DNA of 64,000 bases from Candidatus Latescibacterota bacterium (GTDB lineage: Bacteria; Latescibacterota; UBA2968): NCBI GenBank assembly GCA_965198115.1, contig OZ240241.1, forward strand, positions 3,136,001 through 3,200,000, in the 5' to 3' direction. This document shows, piece after piece, positions 30,837-40,465 of the stretch. Made by a program: the position numbers and the translations under genes. The notes under the pieces were generated by a model, which was given only the letters and a program-made list of their open reading frames with translations, did not search any database and was not told the DNA's origin. Positions within the stretch are counted from its first letter, which is position 1, and each line of letters begins with the position of its first letter.

Positions 30837-31940
30837 ATGTCCAACAAGGCCAGGATCGCGGTGATCGGTACCGGTTGGTGGGCAACATACGCACACATTC
30901 CGACGCTGAAAGCGCACCCTGACGCGGAGCTTGTCGCCATTGCCGACGTCCGGCCGGATATGCTGGGCAGGGCGGCCGAAAAGTATGCGATTGACGCCGC
31001 ATACACAGACTTTCGTGAGATGCTGGAGAAGGAATCTCTCGACGGGGCTGTCATCGCTGTCTGGCACGCCGCACACTACGAGGTAGCCCGCGCCTGCTTG
31101 GAACACGGCCTCCACCTCGTGTTGGAAAAGCCCATGGTGCTTCACGCCGTTCAGGCTCGGGAACTGTGTGACCTGGCCCGGGATCGAAAGCGGGAAATCA
31201 TTATGGGCTACCCCTGGCACTTCCTCACGATGACAGCGCGGGCGCAGGAAGTGGTACAGTCAGGCGCGTTGGGCGATATCCACTTTGCGTCGAGCCTGTT
31301 TTCCTCCGCCGCCTACGACCTCTACCGCGGAGAGGACAACGCGGGGCTCCCCGAGATGGCCGCCGTTTACCCGATGACGGGACCGGGCGACGTCTACAGC
31401 GATCCGGCGCGATCGGGCGGCGGGCAGGGTCATCTCCAGGTCACGCATTCGGCGGCCCTGCTGTTCTTCATCTCGGGTCTGAAGCCGGTATCGGTAATCG
31501 CACAGATGGACAACCTGGATGTGCCGGTCGATGTGGTCGATGCATTCATCGTCCGAACGGACCAGGGTGCGCTGGCCACCGTGAGCAGCACCGGCGCGGT
31601 GGCAGGGGGCGATGGCAAACTTGACATTCAGATCTACTGCAAGAAAGGTTGGGTCGATCTGGACTACATCGAGGGCACGGGAACGATCCACCACGCGGAT
31701 GGATCCGAAGAGAACCTGACGCCGGATTCAAACAGTGGCGACGTGAACTACGAGGATGTCGAGGGGTACATCTATCCCGCTCACGCCCCGGCTACCAACC
31801 TGGTGGAGATTATCCTTAAAGGTGCGGCTAACCGTTCACCTGCTGAAACAGGATGGCGTACGGTGGAACTGCTAGAGGCGGCCTACCGTTCGGCAGCTGC
31901 GGGCGGACGGGCAATTGATGTTGCTTCACTCTACGAGTAG
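30837..31940 (+). CDS. Gfo/Idh/MocA family oxidoreductase
   Basis: IAVIGTGWWA, HLVLEKPM, SGGGQGH. Confidence 0.9.
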   Translation: MSNKARIAVIGTGWWATYAHIPTLKAHPDAELVAIADVRPDMLGRAAEKYAIDAAYTDFREMLEKESLDGAVIAVWHAAHYEVARACLEHGLHLVLEKPMVLHAVQARELCDLARDRKREIIMGYPWHFLTMTARAQEVVQSGALGDIHFASSLFSSAAYDLYRGEDNAGLPEMAAVYPMTGPGDVYSDPARSGGGQGHLQVTHSAALLFFISGLKPVSVIAQMDNLDVPVDVVDAFIVRTDQGALATVSSTGAVAGGDGKLDIQIYCKKGWVDLDYIEGTGTIHHADGSEENLTPDSNSGDVNYEDVEGYIYPAHAPATNLVEIILKGAANRSPAETGWRTVELLEAAYRSAAAGGRAIDVASLYE

Positions 31941-31986
31941 GTGACCTCAGACTCAATGGGATGACTCGCCTGTGCAAGCGGGACCT

Positions 31987-32619
31987 TCACCACGTTGAAG
32001 GCTTCTTGAAGCTTCCTTTTGAATCGCTAATTTCCTTTGGGAACTGAGATGCACCTAACACACCAGAACGAATCGGTCGCTGGTGTGTCGAGACCTGCTT
32101 AAGGGCTGGATGGAGCGTTCTCCTCGCGCCGGCCTGTCCGGTGGGATACAAAATCCACATCTCCTTCCCCAGGTTGTTCTTCACAACCCCCATCGGGTTC
32201 TTCAGATCAGAATCGTTCGTGACGACCACCGCGGCATCGAACCTGTCACTAAACCCATCGATAAGCAGATGCGTAGCTAGATTCACATCTGAGCCTTTCT
32301 CTTCGATTTTGACCACCTGAACGAACGGATTCTGGCCCTGCCCGGGCGCAGCAAGTTTCATTGTTGTGGGGTGGCTGGTGAAATTGCCCAGGATGATCTC
32401 GAGGTTCGGTATGGTATTGAGCGCCCGCGAGTAGATGGTTTGTCGCGCTCTCTTGACACTACCGGTCACTCTCGCAGTGAAATACTTGATACCATCGATT
32501 TGGTAGTTCTCCGGCAAGAGAGCGACGAACATTCGGGAGATGTCCAGCCACCTATTGGGAGTGCCCTTCACCGACCCATAGTAGAGATTAAACCCGTCGA
32601 CATAGCAGACGGTTTTCAA
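31987..32619 (-). CDS. NYN (LabA/DUF88, PIN-fold) domain putative ribonuclease
   Basis: YVDGFNLYYG, EEKGSDVNLA, VVTNDSDL; TTG start after TAGGAGG. Confidence 0.9.
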   Translation of the reverse strand: MKTVCYVDGFNLYYGSVKGTPNRWLDISRMFVALLPENYQIDGIKYFTARVTGSVKRARQTIYSRALNTIPNLEIILGNFTSHPTTMKLAAPGQGQNPFVQVVKIEEKGSDVNLATHLLIDGFSDRFDAAVVVTNDSDLKNPMGVVKNNLGKEMWILYPTGQAGARRTLHPALKQVSTHQRPIRSGVLGASQFPKEISDSKGSFKKPSTW

Positions 32620-32639
32620 GTAACCTCCTACATAAAAAA

Positions 32640-34059
32640 GGCTCTATCCGGGTTTCTCAACGGTGAAACTATAGAATGACAAGGTCATAGATCGTTCCCT
32701 ACGCTTGGTTGTGTGTGTAGGACAATCAAAGCGAAGGGGGTGCGACCTATGACCGGGAGCAGATTACTATCGAAACTGCTGAGATTCAAGGGGTTCCGTG
32801 TTGTCAGCTGGTGGTTTGAGGGGAGAAGCTGCTTCGTCATCGCCGTAAAGCCACATAAGAATGGTTGTTGTTGTCCGGAGTGCGGCCGTCGAGGTAAAAT
32901 CGTCCGCACAATGCCCCATCCGCGTCGGTGGCGTGACATTCCGGTGTGCGGGTGGAGGGTCTGGCTTCTCTACCATCCTCGGGAGATTCGGTGTCCTACC
33001 CACGGTCGTGTGGTCGAGGAGATTCCGTGGGCGGAGCGGTTCTCTCGGGTGACGTATCGCTTCGAGTATGCCATGCTGCGCTACTGCCAGACCATGACGC
33101 AGAAGGCGGCGTCCGAGTTACTGCGCATCTCTGCCTCGACGCTGTCGGATCTCCTTCACCGATCCATCACGCGGCTTCGTGAAGGTCATCGTATCCGAGG
33201 GCTCAAAACCATCGGAATCGACGAGATCTCCTACGCCAAGCGTCACAGGTACGCCACGCTCGTTTACGATCTGGACCGCTCCTGCGTGGTGTGGGTTGGC
33301 CGCGGCAGGGCGCGTAAAACGATCGATCGGTTCTTCACAGAGGCTCTCAGTCCCTACCGGAGATCCAAGATCGAGTGGGCCTGCTGCGACATGAGCGAAG
33401 CTTACATCGGAGCCATCCAGGAACACTGTCCGAATGCCAAGCTGGTCCTCGATCGCTTTCACATCGTCAAGGCTCTCAATGCCGCCGTTGACGAGGTCCG
33501 TAAGGACCAGTGGCGTAAAGCTGCCCCGGATGAGCGCAAAGCCATGAAGGGCCTCCGATGGCTCCTCTACCGGCACTCAGCGACACGCTCCAGAGGGGAT
33601 ACTCGGACACTCGAAGCACTGGAGAAGGCGAACTACCGAATCTATAGAGCCTGGAGACTCAAGGACGAGTTCGAGCAGTTCTGGGAATACAAAGCGCCCT
33701 GGGCTGCCGAACGCTTCCTGAAATGCTGGACGACGTCCGCACTCAGAAGTCGACTTGAACCCCTGCGAAAGTTCGTCAGGACCCTGCGACAGCACTTCTT
33801 CGGCGTCCTCGCATTCGTGAACACGCGTCTTACCAACGCCATCGCCGAAGGCCTCAACCGAATCGTCCAAATCGTCAAGAACCGAGCCAGCGGATTCCGC
33901 ACACTCGACGCATTCAACGATATGATCTTCCTTACCGTCGGAGACATAAACATCCCTGAGCAGATTCCGAAGAGGTTCCGCACACTCTAACCGCGCCCCC
34001 ATGCCAGGAACCACGGCACCTTCACCCACTTCATCTCGTTGAGAGATCCGGATATAGCC
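32640..34059 (+). mobile_element. ISL3-family IS, copy 4 (1420 bp)
   Basis: IRs; ATAAAAAA at 32632-32639 and 34060-34067. Confidence 0.95.
32749..33990 (+). CDS. ISL3 transposase, intact
   Basis: Full frame ending GFRTLDAFNDMIFLTVG...RTL. Confidence 0.92.
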   Translation: MTGSRLLSKLLRFKGFRVVSWWFEGRSCFVIAVKPHKNGCCCPECGRRGKIVRTMPHPRRWRDIPVCGWRVWLLYHPREIRCPTHGRVVEEIPWAERFSRVTYRFEYAMLRYCQTMTQKAASELLRISASTLSDLLHRSITRLREGHRIRGLKTIGIDEISYAKRHRYATLVYDLDRSCVVWVGRGRARKTIDRFFTEALSPYRRSKIEWACCDMSEAYIGAIQEHCPNAKLVLDRFHIVKALNAAVDEVRKDQWRKAAPDERKAMKGLRWLLYRHSATRSRGDTRTLEALEKANYRIYRAWRLKDEFEQFWEYKAPWAAERFLKCWTTSALRSRLEPLRKFVRTLRQHFFGVLAFVNTRLTNAIAEGLNRIVQIVKNRASGFRTLDAFNDMIFLTVGDINIPEQIPKRFRTL

Positions 34060-34067
34060 ATAAAAAA

Positions 34068-35487
34068 GGCTCTATCCGGGTTTCTCAACGGTGAAACTAT
34101 AGAATGACAAGGTCATAGATCGTTCCCTACGCTTGGTTGTGTGTGTAGGACAATCAAAGCGAAGGGGGTGCGACCTATGACCGGGAGCAGATTACTATCG
34201 AAACTGCTGAGATTCAAGGGGTTCCGTGTTGTCAGCTGGTGGTTTGAGGGGAGAAGCTGTTTCGTCATCGCCGTAAAGCCACATAAGAATGGTTGTTGTT
34301 GTCCGGAGTGCGGCCGTCGAGGTAAAATCGTCCGCACAATGCCCCATCCGCGTCGGTGGCGTGACATTCCGGTGTGCGGGTGGAGGGTCTGGCTTCTCTA
34401 CCATCCTCGGGAGATTCGGTGTCCTACCCACGGTCGTGTGGTCGAGGAGATTCCGTGGGCGGAGCGGTTCTCTCGGGTGACGTATCGCTTCGAGTATGCC
34501 ATGCTGCGCTACTGCCAGACCATGACGCAGAAGGCGGCGTCCGAGTTACTGCGCATCTCTGCCTCGACGCTGTCGGATCTCCTTCACCGATCCATCACGC
34601 GGCTTCGTGAAGGTCATCGTATCCGAGGGCTCAAAACCATCGGGATCGACGAGATCTCCTACGCCAAGCGTCACAGGTACGCCACGCTCGTTTACGATCT
34701 GGACCGCTCCTGCGTGGTGTGGGTTGGCCGCGGCAGGGCGCGTAAAACGATCGATCGGTTTTTCACAGAGGCTCTCAGTCCCTACCAGAGATCCAAGATC
34801 GAGTGGGCCTGCTGCGACATGAGCGAAGCTTACATCGGAGCCATCCAGGAACACTGTCCGAATGCCAAGCTGGTCCTCGATCGCTTTCACATCGTCAAGG
34901 CTCTCAATGCCGCCGTTGACGAGGTCCGTAAGGACCAGTGGCGTAAAGCTGCCCCGGATGAGCGCAAAGCCATGAAGGGCCTCCGATGGCTCCTCTACCG
35001 GCACTCAGCGACACGCTCCAGAGGGGATACTCGGACACTCAAAGCACTGGAGAAGGCGAACTACCGAATCTATAGAGCCTGGAGACTCAAGGACGAGTTC
35101 GAGCAGTTCTGGGAATACAAAGCGCCCTGGGCTGCCGAACGCTTCCTGAAATGCTGGACGACGTCCGCACTCAGAAGTCGACGTGAACCCCTGCGAAAGT
35201 TCGTCAGGACCCTGCGACAGCACTTCTTCGGCGTCCTCGCATTCGTGAACACGCGTCTTACCAACGCCATCGCCGAAGGCCTCAACCGAATCGTCCAAAT
35301 CGTCAAGAACCGAGCCAGCGGATTCCGCACACTCGACGCATTCAACGATATGATCTTCCTTACCGTCGGAGACATAAACATCCCTGAGCAGATTCCGAAG
35401 AGGTTCCGCACACGCTAACCGCGCCCCCATGCCAGGAACCACGGCACCTTCACCCACTTCAGCTCGTTGAGAGATCCGGATATAGCC
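34068..35487 (+). mobile_element. ISL3-family IS, copy 5 (1420 bp), tandem with copy 4
   Basis: IRs; ATAAAAAA at 34060-34067 and 35488-35495. Confidence 0.95.
34177..35418 (+). CDS. ISL3 transposase, intact
   Basis: Differs from copy 4 by a few substitutions. Confidence 0.92.
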   Translation: MTGSRLLSKLLRFKGFRVVSWWFEGRSCFVIAVKPHKNGCCCPECGRRGKIVRTMPHPRRWRDIPVCGWRVWLLYHPREIRCPTHGRVVEEIPWAERFSRVTYRFEYAMLRYCQTMTQKAASELLRISASTLSDLLHRSITRLREGHRIRGLKTIGIDEISYAKRHRYATLVYDLDRSCVVWVGRGRARKTIDRFFTEALSPYQRSKIEWACCDMSEAYIGAIQEHCPNAKLVLDRFHIVKALNAAVDEVRKDQWRKAAPDERKAMKGLRWLLYRHSATRSRGDTRTLKALEKANYRIYRAWRLKDEFEQFWEYKAPWAAERFLKCWTTSALRSRREPLRKFVRTLRQHFFGVLAFVNTRLTNAIAEGLNRIVQIVKNRASGFRTLDAFNDMIFLTVGDINIPEQIPKRFRTR

Positions 35488-35526
35488 ATAAAAAAGCAGA
35501 GGCCGCCCCGTTAGGAGCGGCCTCGC
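35488..35526 (-). terminator. Intrinsic terminator originally just upstream of the NYN gene RBS
   Basis: Minus strand GAGGCCGCTCC-TAAC-GGGGCGGCCTC then TGCTTTTTTAT. Confidence 0.75.
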
Positions 35527-35587
35527 GGCCCTGACTTCGAGGAGCCAGGGTTGGTTCTTCTAATAGAATACGACACCATCGAGCTCT

Positions 35588-35615
35588 AGTATAGCGATTT
35601 ATATGTGAGTTGCAA
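35588..35615 (-). promoter_or_regulatory. sigma70-like promoter for the NYN leader
   Basis: TTGCAA-N16-TATACT on the minus strand. Confidence 0.55.
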
Positions 35616-35789
35616 CCTTCCAAGCGAAGAATGGCCGCTGGGTGGGCCTCATTGGTGTCCGGATAGGCGATCGAGAATAGATGTAGACGCCTATTTGCGT
35701 TCGTTCGATCAGGTGTTCAGAGCATCGTAGTACGACCGCCTGCTGGTACGGCACAGCCGCTCAAGCTCCGACCGCAAGGGGCACCTGCG

Positions 35790-35826
35790 TTAAAGAATTT
35801 TAATGTTCGCTTAATCCTCCTTTAAT
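35790..35826 (+). promoter_or_regulatory. Phased TTAA direct repeats, candidate OmpR/PhoB-family binding site
   Basis: TTAA at 35790, 35800, 35811 and 35822, upstream of the PepSY gene. Confidence 0.45.
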
Positions 35827-35891
35827 CCTATCTCCGTAGGCTTTCTCATCAGATGATTTCCGCCCGGGGAGGGTCAACCTTTGGAGGTAGA

Positions 35892-36271
35892 ATGATCAAT
35901 CGCAGAGTCACCCCCACGCTGTTCGCCGCCCTTCTCGGGACCTGGCTTGTCGGATGTTCATCAATCCGCTCTCTTCGGCCGATCCCACCACCGCCAAGCA
36001 AGCCCAGTCATCGCAAACCCAGGATGGAGATCTGCTAATCCCCTTGGATTCTGTGCCTCAAGCGGCAATCGACGCCGTTATGGCAGCAGAGCCCGGTGGC
36101 ACCATCACGGCCGCCGAGCGCGAGATCGAAAAGGGTGTGACTGTCTACGAATTGCACGTCCAACGTGCGAACGGCAGCGTTGTCGAAGTCGAAACCGACG
36201 CCCAGGGCAATATTCTGGAGACCGAAGCCGCCGAGCGTGGCCGCCCAGGATCGACAACCATCGGAAACTGA
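35892..36271 (+). pseudogene. PepSY-domain lipoprotein with a frameshift just after the lipobox
   Basis: MINRRVTPTLFAALLGTWLVGC then, in another frame, VPQAAIDAV..PGGTITAAERE..VYELHV..EVETDAQGNILE. Confidence 0.7.
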
Positions 36272-36299
36272 GTTGGCTGACGTCAAACGGCGAAAAGTG

Positions 36300-36697
36300 A
36301 GTCCGCCACACTTCGTAAGGCCGAGAACCAACTGGAGAAGTTCTCTGTGAAGTGGGACAACACCTACTCGATGATCGGTCGGTCCTGGCGTGAACACTGG
36401 GAGCACATCACCCCGTTCTTCGCCTACCCACCAGAGATCCGGAAGGTGATCTACACGACGAACGCCATCGAGTCAATGAACGCATCGCTCCGGAAAGTCA
36501 CGAAGAACAGAGGCGCGTTCCCGAATGATCAGGCCGCCATCAAACTCCTGTATCTGGCGATCCGAAACATCTCCAAACGATGGACCCGGCCACTGAACGA
36601 TTGGAATGGGGCCATCAACCGGTTCGCCATCATGTTCGAAGATCGTGTCCCGTTAAAGTAATCGTGTCACCAGTTACACAAATCTCTGGACACACCC
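36300..36697 (+). mobile_element. 3' remnant of an IS256-family element
   Basis: PFFAYPPEIRKVIYTTNAIES..GAFPND; terminal TTACACAAATCTCTGGACACACCC. Confidence 0.8.
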
Positions 36698-36701
36698 GAG
36701 T

Positions 36702-36733
36702 GGGGTCAGGTCCATATCTTCGGATCTGACCCC
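36702..36733. repeat. REP-like hairpin
   Basis: GGGGTCAGGTCC-ATATCTTC-GGATCTGACCCC. Confidence 0.5.
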
Positions 36734-36777
36734 ATACTTATAAGCTACCTTTTCCACTTCTCCTCTTCTACGCTTCT

Positions 36778-37263
36778 CTACTTCTTCGTCATCGTCCCTT
36801 CCCACTCTGCCATGTGCTTTCCATCAGGCCACTCTGCACTTACTTCGGCCGTGCCACTCGCTTCGGGGCCCTCAAACTTGCCGGTACCGCCCATGCCCTT
36901 CCACTGGATCTCGGTTCCGGACGCCTCGACCGTGAACCAATAGATATCCCCTTCAGGACTGATCAGGTTACAACTGCCGTGGCCCTGGACCAGCGAGTCG
37001 CTGGCTGTGAACTCGTAGGCCGCGAAACAGGTCTCGTTCCCAAGGTGGAACGGATTCGAGGAATCGTTTGCTGTGACGCTGAGTTCGAAAAAGATGCGCC
37101 TCAGCGATCCACCGCTCGGCAAATCGAAGGAGCTGACTACCTTCTGCGTGCCAGTCACCATCCCAGAAATCTTCTCCGTTTCCTGCGAGACGGCTGTCTG
37201 CGGAGCAAGACCGACGAACAGGATGGTGAGTGCACCTGTTACCAGCAGCGTAAAGCGTCTCAT
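36778..37263 (-). CDS. Secreted hypothetical beta-rich protein
   Basis: Signal peptide MRRFTLLVTGALTILFVGLAPQTAVS; GGTGKFEG motif; RBS CAGGAGG. Confidence 0.7.
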   Translation of the reverse strand: MRRFTLLVTGALTILFVGLAPQTAVSQETEKISGMVTGTQKVVSSFDLPSGGSLRRIFFELSVTANDSSNPFHLGNETCFAAYEFTASDSLVQGHGSCNLISPEGDIYWFTVEASGTEIQWKGMGGTGKFEGPEASGTAEVSAEWPDGKHMAEWEGTMTKK

Positions 37264-37427
37264 CGTAACCTCCTGACTTGGTGTGAACCGAGATGCACGT
37301 ATCGATGATCTGCCCAAACCCCACCTGCCTGATGACCTTCTTGGCTGCGTGGTTACTATTCGTTCCGGATTTCGACCTGGATACACATCCGTTCTCCCGC
37401 TCTGTCGTCTTTCACGGGTATTCGGTC

Positions 37428-38080
37428 TCAAACATTGTTTTCCTCACCCACGCTCGATGTCCCGATGAGCCGTGCGATGAGAATCGCGACGTAAAGAACC
37501 CCGATCGTGCCTTCCAGAATCGCAAGTGAGCGTGTGGCGTCCGTCGCGGGAGAGATATCCCCGTAGCCAACGGTCGTCAACGTCATGAAGCTGTAGACAG
37601 CAGTTGAGACCAACCCAGTCGCTCCCCTTCCGCGAGGCTCGCGAAGAATGAACCCGGGTGGAGCGTCTCGATCAGGTCGTAGAGTTGTCCGAACGACACC
37701 CCGACAAGCAGGTAAACAGATACGGCACCGGACAGCGTGTCCGCCATAAATCGACGTGTACGGAGGATCTCGGCGCCGATGGCCAGGGTGATGAAAGCGT
37801 AGAAAAGGAAAAAAGCGCCCTCGACGACCGGGTGTCCCGTCACCCCGCGGATCATCGTGGCGATGTGTATCGCGCCCACGATCACCGCCAATACACACGC
37901 CCCAGCGAAGATTCGTCGATTCGTGTGGACGGCATACACGCCCGGCACCAGCATGGCGAGGGCGATCAGAGCGCCAACGTGACGTCCCCAGTACGGATAG
38001 CCTGCGAGCAGGATCGTGAGCGCGATCAGAAGAAAGTAAAAGCGATTGTCGCAACCAACTGGACTGCGAAGTAGATCCAT
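37428..38080 (-). pseudogene. Potassium channel family (Ion_trans_2) membrane protein, frameshifted near 37597
   Basis: TM helices in one frame; YSFMTLTTVGYGDISP pore loop in the next frame. Confidence 0.82.
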
Positions 38081-38176
38081 GCCGCGACTCCGTCACCTAT
38101 TCCTTAGGCGGCTCATGTAGCTTTATCGATCTTCCGATATGCTCCTGGCCCCATCACACACATTGCTCAGTCGACG

Positions 38177-40465
38177 TCAAGGGATTGCTGTCGCGCGAGG
38201 TTCCGAGCCGTTTTCCTTCTCCGTCTGTCCAGACCCATCCGGTGTGAAAGCCAGGACGTCCATCGGGCAGACGGTCACGCAGATCCCACATCCGATACAC
38301 GACGAATTGCTGTTGTCGAGAGTCTCCTGCTTCAGCGCGTGGGACATGACGTCGATGCCGACGAGACAATTTCGCGAACATTCGTGGCACCCGATGCACT
38401 TATCGTTCGACCCGATATGGTAGCGGCTCACACCTATTCGCGTGTATAGAGACGACATCAGGTCCATCATCTTGGCCAGCGGACACCAGTAGCGACACCA
38501 GATCTTGCCCCCCAAAAACGGGTAGAGAGTGACGGGCAGGATTCCAATCAGCCAGACGTCGATGGCGAGTCGATAGATACCGATCGACCAATCCGCCTCC
38601 GCACTGAGCAGCCCCCACGCATCCTTGATCAGCAGCATGAACGTCACGACGACAGCCAGACCCAGGACCCCGAGGCTCATCTTTTCCAGAGCAATGGCCG
38701 TCTTGCCTTTTGGCGCGAGGTGCCGCCATCGGTCCCCGAAGGTCTCCGCGAGTCCTCCGCACCCGCATATCCACGAGCAGTAGCGTTTTCCGTGAAACAG
38801 CACGAAGATCGGGATGATTACGAAGGTCAGAAGCACACCCCAGATGACCCAGATGTGGTGCGGGTTATAAAAGAAAGTGTAGAAGAACAGCGGCCACGCG
38901 TAGATGATGCCGTAGCTGCGCCACGCCTGATCCGCGAACACGGGATCCTTCGCGAGTGCGCCCACCCACTGGTAGGCCACCGCCCACTGGAACAGGAACT
39001 CCGGAACGACGAAGAAGAAGACCCACTGAAAACCCAGCAGACTCACAAACCGCCACGTCTGGAATCGATCTTTCCTGTCGAGCCCCCACCGCTTCAGGGC
39101 TTCGATCCCGAACGCGGTCATCAGGCCGGTATAGATAACCGTGTACCAGAAACTCCACGGTCTGTCCCAGAGCGACAGAGCCGAATAGCCCCAGTTCCGG
39201 AATGGCCAGAACTCTTCCCCCTTCCCGACCTTGACGCCATACACCGTATACCACACCAGGAAGGAAACGCCCAACCACGCCCAGCGATCGCCTCGTTTGC
39301 CGAACATCAGCAGCCCCACGAACGAGAACACCGTGAGCATCCAACCGACCCACGCGACCGTAACCGTCGTCGATCCCGTAACGATGCCCGTCTGCCCGCC
39401 GGCGAGCCAGAGACCGAAGAGCGTTGCGAAACTCAGCGCAGCGCTCCGCGTGAGCGACCCGTCCCACTCGTTCTCCATCCGAATCCCCAGCGACTTGAGG
39501 AAGTCGACAGGCACATCCGAGCCGATCAGCACGAAAGCGTGATCACACGGAATCGTCTGTGACTCATCCCCTACGGAAAGGACAGCGTGGTCCTCGGAGA
39601 ACGCGTTCACCGTGCTGTTCAGGATCACACGCACCTTTCCGTCCGCAACCGCTTGTTGCAATCGCTCGTCGTTGTCTTTGAACAGACGCGAGAACGCCGC
39701 GCCGCGATAAGAAACCGTGACGCGGTTCTCGTCCGACAACGTGAGGGCGGCTTCGATGGCGCTGTTCCCACCCCCCACGACCAGGATGTCCTCGTTGACG
39801 TACGACCGGGGGTCGTAGAGCCGGTGATAGACGCGTTCCTGGTCCTCCCCCTCGCAGCCGAGCTTGCGTGGATTGCCCCTCTGGCCCGTCGCGAGCACCA
39901 TCCGTTTGCAACGATAGGTACCTTTCGGCGTCGTGACGGCGAAAACGCCCTCTGTCTTCTCCAAACCGGTCAGGGGCTCCTCGGTCCTCACATCCAGCTC
40001 GTTGTCCCGAACGATCTGCCCCCACCGGTGGACCAGGTCCTCCTTCGTCGCCCCGTCGAGCCACAGCTTTCCCTTGGCGGGCCTTTCGTCCGGCTCTGCG
40101 TAGACCCATTTTCCCTCGGGGAAGTTCTCGATCGTGTTCGCGATCTTGCCCTTTTCAAGCACCACAGCCGACAGCCCTTTGTCCCTGGCGGCCAACGCGG
40201 CGTTCAAACCCGCTGCCCCGGCCCCGACGATGATCAGATCCAGGGGCTCGGACGGCGCTTCAATGTCGGGAAGCTGCGAGATGTGTTCGATGACTTCATA
40301 GCCCTGCTCCATCGCGAGCTTGATGACCGGGGCACCGGCGAGGTCTCCGACGATGTAGAGGCCCGGTACGTTGCTCAGGTTGTTCACATCGAGTTGTGGC
40401 CTACGGGTTGCTCCATCGGCACTCGCAAACACGGTGTCCTCAAGCCACGTCTGCATCCGCCCCAT
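38177..40465 (-). CDS. FAD/NAD(P)-dependent oxidoreductase (TrxR/YpdA-like) fused to a NapH-like membrane Fe-S domain and a 2[4Fe-4S] ferredoxin
   Basis: GAGAAG, LATG, VGGGNSA; YCSWICGCGG, WCRYWCP; CIGCHECSRNC and CIGCGICVTVCP. Confidence 0.85.
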   Translation of the reverse strand: MGRMQTWLEDTVFASADGATRRPQLDVNNLSNVPGLYIVGDLAGAPVIKLAMEQGYEVIEHISQLPDIEAPSEPLDLIIVGAGAAGLNAALAARDKGLSAVVLEKGKIANTIENFPEGKWVYAEPDERPAKGKLWLDGATKEDLVHRWGQIVRDNELDVRTEEPLTGLEKTEGVFAVTTPKGTYRCKRMVLATGQRGNPRKLGCEGEDQERVYHRLYDPRSYVNEDILVVGGGNSAIEAALTLSDENRVTVSYRGAAFSRLFKDNDERLQQAVADGKVRVILNSTVNAFSEDHAVLSVGDESQTIPCDHAFVLIGSDVPVDFLKSLGIRMENEWDGSLTRSAALSFATLFGLWLAGGQTGIVTGSTTVTVAWVGWMLTVFSFVGLLMFGKRGDRWAWLGVSFLVWYTVYGVKVGKGEEFWPFRNWGYSALSLWDRPWSFWYTVIYTGLMTAFGIEALKRWGLDRKDRFQTWRFVSLLGFQWVFFFVVPEFLFQWAVAYQWVGALAKDPVFADQAWRSYGIIYAWPLFFYTFFYNPHHIWVIWGVLLTFVIIPIFVLFHGKRYCSWICGCGGLAETFGDRWRHLAPKGKTAIALEKMSLGVLGLAVVVTFMLLIKDAWGLLSAEADWSIGIYRLAIDVWLIGILPVTLYPFLGGKIWCRYWCPLAKMMDLMSSLYTRIGVSRYHIGSNDKCIGCHECSRNCLVGIDVMSHALKQETLDNSNSSCIGCGICVTVCPMDVLAFTPDGSGQTEKENGSEPRATAIP

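Noticed and set aside
35859-35889. Degenerate REP-like unit translating as SARGGSTFGG
   Set aside because: Palindromy is weak and the 3' part is simply the RBS of the PepSY gene
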